A DNA stretch of 64,000 bases from Perkinsus olseni (Eukaryota), in assembly GCA_013115125.1 (NCBI GenBank), contig JABANN010000064.1:1-64000 (forward strand), written 5' to 3'. A program made the position numbers and the translations under genes. The notes under the pieces are model-generated. The model saw nothing but the letters and a program-made list of their open reading frames with translations, did not search any database and was not told the origin of the DNA. This document shows, in pieces, positions 58,892 to 64,000 of the stretch (its first letter is position 1; the number at the start of each line of letters is the position of its first letter).

Positions 58892-61011
58892 ATGGAAGCA
58901 GAATATTTTTTACACGAATCTGAAGGGCCCAGCCAAGGCCAGCATGAAGCGGTACTGGGTGGAGGCTTCGATGTTGTAACATTTGGCCTTCTTCCAGGCG
59001 CGCCAGCATAAGGAATCCCGAGAGAGATTCCCGAGAGAGAATAGTAGTCAGGGACATAGGAGAAATCCCGTTAGCCATCAACCCTACCCACAGTCGTGGT
59101 TGTGTGGGTCTTTGTATCACCAGGCTTCTACTTTAGGCGAGTATGACGAGTCCCTCCTCACGAAGGATCAGAGCTATCGAAACGGCCCAGTGCGGTTCGT
59201 TGTTTTGCTTTTCCAGTCCCTGGTGCTCATGGGGCTCACCTACAACTATGATATGTGCAGCGCCACACGGAACGTACCAACACCCCTCCTCACCGCTCCT
59301 GCCACTTCCGCCAGCGCTTGAAGGCTAGGTACTGGTAGAGACACTAGGCATAACTGATACGGGATACGGGGTTATCTCGGGCGTGTACGCCTATCCTAAT
59401 GTTATCCTACCACTCTTCGGCGGGCTGCTCATAGATATCGTGGGGGTAGTAACGATTAACCTAGTCCGAATCTCCGATCCTCATGCTCTTGGTCCAGGTT
59501 CAACGTTCTATGATTCTTTTCGTTTCAATCAATTTTACCGGTACTGTCATATATGCTCTGGGGTTGCACATGCGTTCTTTCACGGTCCTTGTTATTGGGA
59601 GGGCAATATTCGGCATGGGTGGAGAGAGTCTTAACGTCTCCAATAGTAATAAGAAGCACTCGCTGATCGCCGGAGGCTCCCGCTACTACAGGACCCTAGG
59701 TACCATTATGACCCACTGGTTTCGCGGCAAGGAGTTGGCCTTCGCTCTGGGGTCCTCGTTGACGCTTTCGAGACTTGGCAGTGTCCTGGTGCTCAACACT
59801 CAACCCGTGTTCGTCCGGAACTGGGGTGTTTTCTCTGGGGCGCTAGCTGGCGTCTGCATGGCCGGTGTTAGTAAGTATCAAAGCCAACCATTCTCGGCGA
59901 AGAGGCCTCCCTGCACAGGCGTTACGTCAGCCGTTCTTACCTGCATTATCGACCGTCAAGCCAACAGTTACGATAAGGCGAAGCATATCACAGGAGCGGA
60001 AGACGTACTTTTAGACGCTGCAACTCGACTGTTCTAACACCCTTTGGTCAGGATACCAAGTCAGGAGATCGCGGTGTACAATTGAGCGACGTGAAGAGCT
60101 TCGGGAGAATGTTCTGGTGCCTCGCCCTCAGCTGTGTCGTCTCCTACATGTCGATATTCCCCTTCTATCAGGCAGGGCCTCTGTCCACCACGACCTGTGC
60201 TTCACCTTCTCTTCAGGTTGTGGCCCCGGCGTATCTTCAGTCCGATGCGCACTTTGGCTTTGACTTGAAGACCACGAATGCTATCAATTCCATCCCTACA
60301 ATGCTAGGAGCGGTCCTATCCCCCTTCATGAGCATCTACATAGACAGACGAGGCCAGCGCCCCAAACTCATGGTTTGGGCCTGCGCCTTGCTGCTAGTGA
60401 CGCACGTGTCACTCATCATTTTTCCGCGATGTCCCCACTGCGGTTCTGTAGCATTCTTTTTCGTTCTCATGGGTGTATCTATCTGTTTGTATGGCGCTGT
60501 TATCTGGGCATGCATCCCCTTCACGGTCCCTCCACGTTCGGTAGGGGCTGCCTTCGGGCTCACGTTTGCCCTCCAGAACTGCGGCCAGGCCATAGCTCCC
60601 ACTATACTGGAGTTCCTCCATCAGGAGTCGGGAGATTTCATATGGCCTTTCGCTTGTCTAGCGTTTTGGGCTGCTATTGGGTTGTGCATATCCCTCTATC
60701 TCAAGAGAATCGACAGAAGCACACAGACGGGCCTCTTCCTGCCCTGCCCAGAGAAGTTGGCAGAGCAACTCGCGTGCTCACCAGTAGGCAACACATGGTA
60801 CCCTTCGCAGCTTCGATGTTCCACGCTTCAGGTTTACTACTTCGACTCTCCTACTACTGAGGCCATCGCCACCCCAATGCCTAGCACCACAGCAGCAGTG
60901 GTCATGCCTGACGTGTACGTGAGGAGAGTGCAGGGCTACCTGTCATCACCAAGGAGCAACATGCAGTTCCGCCGAGCTTATTACTCCCGGCTTGGACTAG
61001 GGCATTCGTGA
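58892..61011 (+). CDS. Major facilitator superfamily transporter, MFSD1-like (start approximate)
   Basis: YNYDMCSA, VYAYPNVILPLFGGLLID, GRAIFGMGGESL, WFRGKELAFALG, IDRRGQR, VGAAFGLTFALQNCG; many TM segments. Confidence 0.88.
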
Positions 61012-61199
61012 TGACGGCCTTGTTGACGGTGTTAATGATCTACTACTGCTACTATCACTGAAGCCCACTGAACTAACACTAACACTAGAGAAGTGACGAT
61101 ATGTTCCGTGCTGGAATCGATTGTCCATAAGAATGATGTAGTCAGTTCTGTTAGCGCTGTAGTAGTAACACATTTCATAATTTATCCATCTCAACCACT

Positions 61200-62830
61200 G
61201 GTAGTTTGGTTTGCTGCGTACACAGTCGTACCACACCAGCATGTAATTTCCACGTTCGTACAACCCCCCCCCCCCTTCCCACTTGGAGCACAACAAAGAA
61301 CCATCAATGGAAGCTAGTACTGCATTCAGTGCTGCTGGCTCGCGGAGAGCATGAATCCTTCAGTCTCATGAATTTTCTCCCTGAGCGGATGCGACTTCAT
61401 TTTCGCTGTCATCACCCTCGGCTCCTCCAGCGACTGTCGTCGTCGCGCGTGCTCCCATGCTTTCGAAGCCGTTGGACACAGCGCTAGGCTGTGGTGATGG
61501 GTACGGTACCTGGTTGTGGTATTAATTTCATCTTGCTGCATTTGAATAGTTCTTTACGGGGGAGGGCGTTCCCTGAGGGGATGTGCTTGGCAGGGGAGGT
61601 GTTGGTGAGGGCGAACACGACCGCATTGGCTCCAACACAAGGGGTGGGTATTCGTCTGGCCTGAGACCCGGACTGATGAATAGACGAACCCGAGGGAACC
61701 TACGCTAGACGCCTGGCCCGCGGCTCCCACAACTGCGGAACACAGCCGTCGTTGGACGAAAGGTTACCACAGAACCTAAACTGCATGGGAATGAGCCCAT
61801 AGAGATGTACCAGGCCGCTGACCCAGTCATGTAAAGCGGTGGTGCACCAGGACTAGCTGCTGGGGAGAGCCCTGGGGAGGGCTGCCTCCCGCTCTCGTCA
61901 CTAGACGGGCTAATCACCCCACTACCGCTACCTCCAGGGGGCATGTAGCTCTGTAAACTGGGGGAACGTCTTCGGTTCTGGTACGGGACTGAGTAGAGGG
62001 GTCGAGGCTGGGATCGAAGATTGAAGGACTCGTACCATGGTTAGCCATCGCAGTGGAGGGCTGAGGGTGGTTGAATTGTGGCTGAGGGTAGGCGGGTTGC
62101 ACGTCCATTGATCGATAAGGCTGACCCGGGGGTGATGGCTGTCGATAGTAACCAGGCGGAAGAGGGTGCCCATTAGCCTGTGGAGGGGAGCCCGTCCCCA
62201 CTAATCGTGCCGTCTTCAACTCACGACGGGCGGTGGCCATGGGCTCTGGGCTGCCATTGAGCTTGCCTGCTGTACTCCGGTGAGGTACATGGACAGCTGA
62301 TTGGCCTGCTCCTGTACCAAATCACCCAGTCGCTAGCACCATCGTGGCGTGGGGGCTCACGTCAAATGACCTCGCCGATGCAATGAGGGTAGCCATTGCA
62401 GTGAGCGCTGTCGTGTCGCCTGTGAAGTAACCATCCGCAGACGACGAGAGAGGCGTGCCCTTACTACCACTGCAAGCCAGGCGCACAGCAAGGGTTCGGT
62501 CAGGGGTGGAGAGCTTGCCAGCATTGTGAAGTTCCGCTGTTGCTCGGAACACATAGCTCATGGTGGAGTCGGTGATGACCCCTTCAGGAGTCTGACCTGA
62601 GGACCAGCCGTGTCGGCGTGCAGGCCTCAAGGCTGCTGCTCACAAGCTGTTGAAGGTGTGGTAGTAACGCCATGTTTGCCGCCTGGAGCCCCAGCGTGTC
62701 TATTGCCACGCCGACTGGCGGGAATCCCAGCCCGAGTGAGTCCATTAGGAGTTGCTCGTATACCTGTACGAGAGCTGGCGATTATCAGCTGTGGTTTGAG
62801 GCCCACCGTTAATGCTGCTAGCAGGGCTTG
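61200..62830 (-). CDS. Hypothetical Pro/Ser-rich protein (multi-exon; ends approximate)
   Basis: Co-oriented ORF segments 62322-62630, 61914-62240 and 61705-61944 with GT-AG gaps. Confidence 0.4.
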
Positions 62831-62899
62831 AGGCTGGTGACGGGTACTCCGACACGCTCGTATCCAACAACGAGTTGTACCTCTACAACGACACCCCTA

Positions 62900-64000
62900 G
62901 TGCAAGCCGTAGAAAAATGAAGTTAATGTGGATCAATTGCGGTTCACGCTTTAGCAACAGTTACTGTGGCGGACAGCTCTTCCTCCTCGGGTATGGGTGG
63001 TGTGCCCATCAATGGCGATCTAGACAGGAGCATGCAGCCGGAAGGTCCCATGATGATAGACAACACACCCAGCACTATTTGGCTCACACACAAAGCCTAA
63101 GTAGGCGCACTTTGCCTTGTCGATATCTCAGCACAGTGTCAATCATGCGCTGATACGTGGATGTTGATCGATGAGAGAGGACAGCGAGCTTAGTTGTACC
63201 CGCTCGGGCGAGCGCTATTTGAATTTACGGCTGCCTTCAGCCAACGAGGGAAGCTCTTCCAAGGAACCTTTTAAATCAGCATGGTGTCGATGGAGTTCTA
63301 GGTAACCGTTGGTTCATTATATCATGTATAATGGGAATGCCTATGACTGAGAGGTTTGGGTCTTTTCTCGAGCCCCAGCATGTAGCGTTAAGCTGCTTGA
63401 ATCCGCCGCCTCGTAGCCTGTGATGGGACGAGTGAAGTCACGGTGGTATTGTCGTTACTGTAGTGTTTGCTTGACTCCCCTTCCTATTTACTGCGTCCAT
63501 AATGGTCACAGTATCCCCGAAATGTGTCGCATGGTCGTTCTTGGCCCAAATCACCTTCGGTATCGTCAACTTCCTCATTTCCTACACCAATCTCCCCGGT
63601 GTTGACCCCTGGGCCGTCATTGGTTGGATCTGGCTCACCTCCGGCATCATTGGGATCGTTGTGGGCATCTATTTCTGGTACGTTTTTATCCATCATCTTA
63701 TCCTCGTTTAATAACCAAATCGCTTTCTTCAGGTGGAACCTTGGTGCGATGTTCTTCACCGATGAGCAAATGAAGGCTGCCGAGACCTACAAGCAATTGA
63801 ATGACCAGCTCCTTCCTCAGGAGTTGCCTCCTAACCGTTTGACCCTAGGCGCCAAAATCCTTACCATCATCGGAGGTAACGTCATCCCTCCCCGAGTTGC
63901 CGTTGATTTACCTTTCATTACTCAGGTATGTGCGTCGGCTGGTCCCAATTGATGATGAAGTGGGCCTTCGCTACGGACCCCAAGTCCACTGGTCCCTTGA
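62900..64000 (+). CDS. Hypothetical membrane protein, truncated by the window end
   Basis: Hydrophobic exon VAWSFLAQITFGIVNFLISY...WIWLTSGIIGIVVGIYFW spliced to WNLGAMFFTDEQMKAAETYKQL. Confidence 0.4.

Noticed and set aside
4239-61011. Functional clustering (endolysosomal: DrpB, CLN3, VPS9, MFSD1; cell cycle: APC1, Cdc25, cyclin)
   Set aside because: The genes are interspersed with unrelated ones; no evidence beyond chance.
62900-64000. Possible DHHC palmitoyltransferase
   Set aside because: No DHHC motif could be found in any frame; left as hypothetical.
1-64000. CRISPR arrays, rRNA, intact transposase or reverse transcriptase genes
   Set aside because: No regularly spaced repeats, rRNA signatures or RT/DDE motifs were seen.

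Overview
Eukaryotic, gene-dense genomic DNA with many short (~40-60 nt) GT-AG introns. Gene content and style (apicomplexan-type dynamin DrpB, malate:quinone oxidoreductase, HPR/OPR-like repeats) suggest a perkinsid/myzozoan alveolate such as Perkinsus; this is an inference. Genes fall in co-oriented blocks. On + (0.7-26 kb): three EGF-TM micro-genes, a CLN3 fragment, dynamin, APC1, MQO, Cdc25, CLN3, a VPS9-like gene and threonine synthase. On - (27-45.3 kb): two intronless TmpA-like membrane flavoprotein genes, DBR1, a PPPDE peptidase, a DUF924-like/TilS fusion and two MGCxxS small proteins. On + (45.9-61 kb): an HPR-like protein, a cyclin Y-like gene, AIDA with a tRNA-Ser in one intron, and an MFS transporter. 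The most notable items are the island-like TmpA pair (gene conversion, fold-back palindromes), the single-EGF + TM micro-protein family, the TilS fusion and the intronic tRNA. All family calls come from motif recognition by eye, and outer coordinates of multi-exon genes are approximate.
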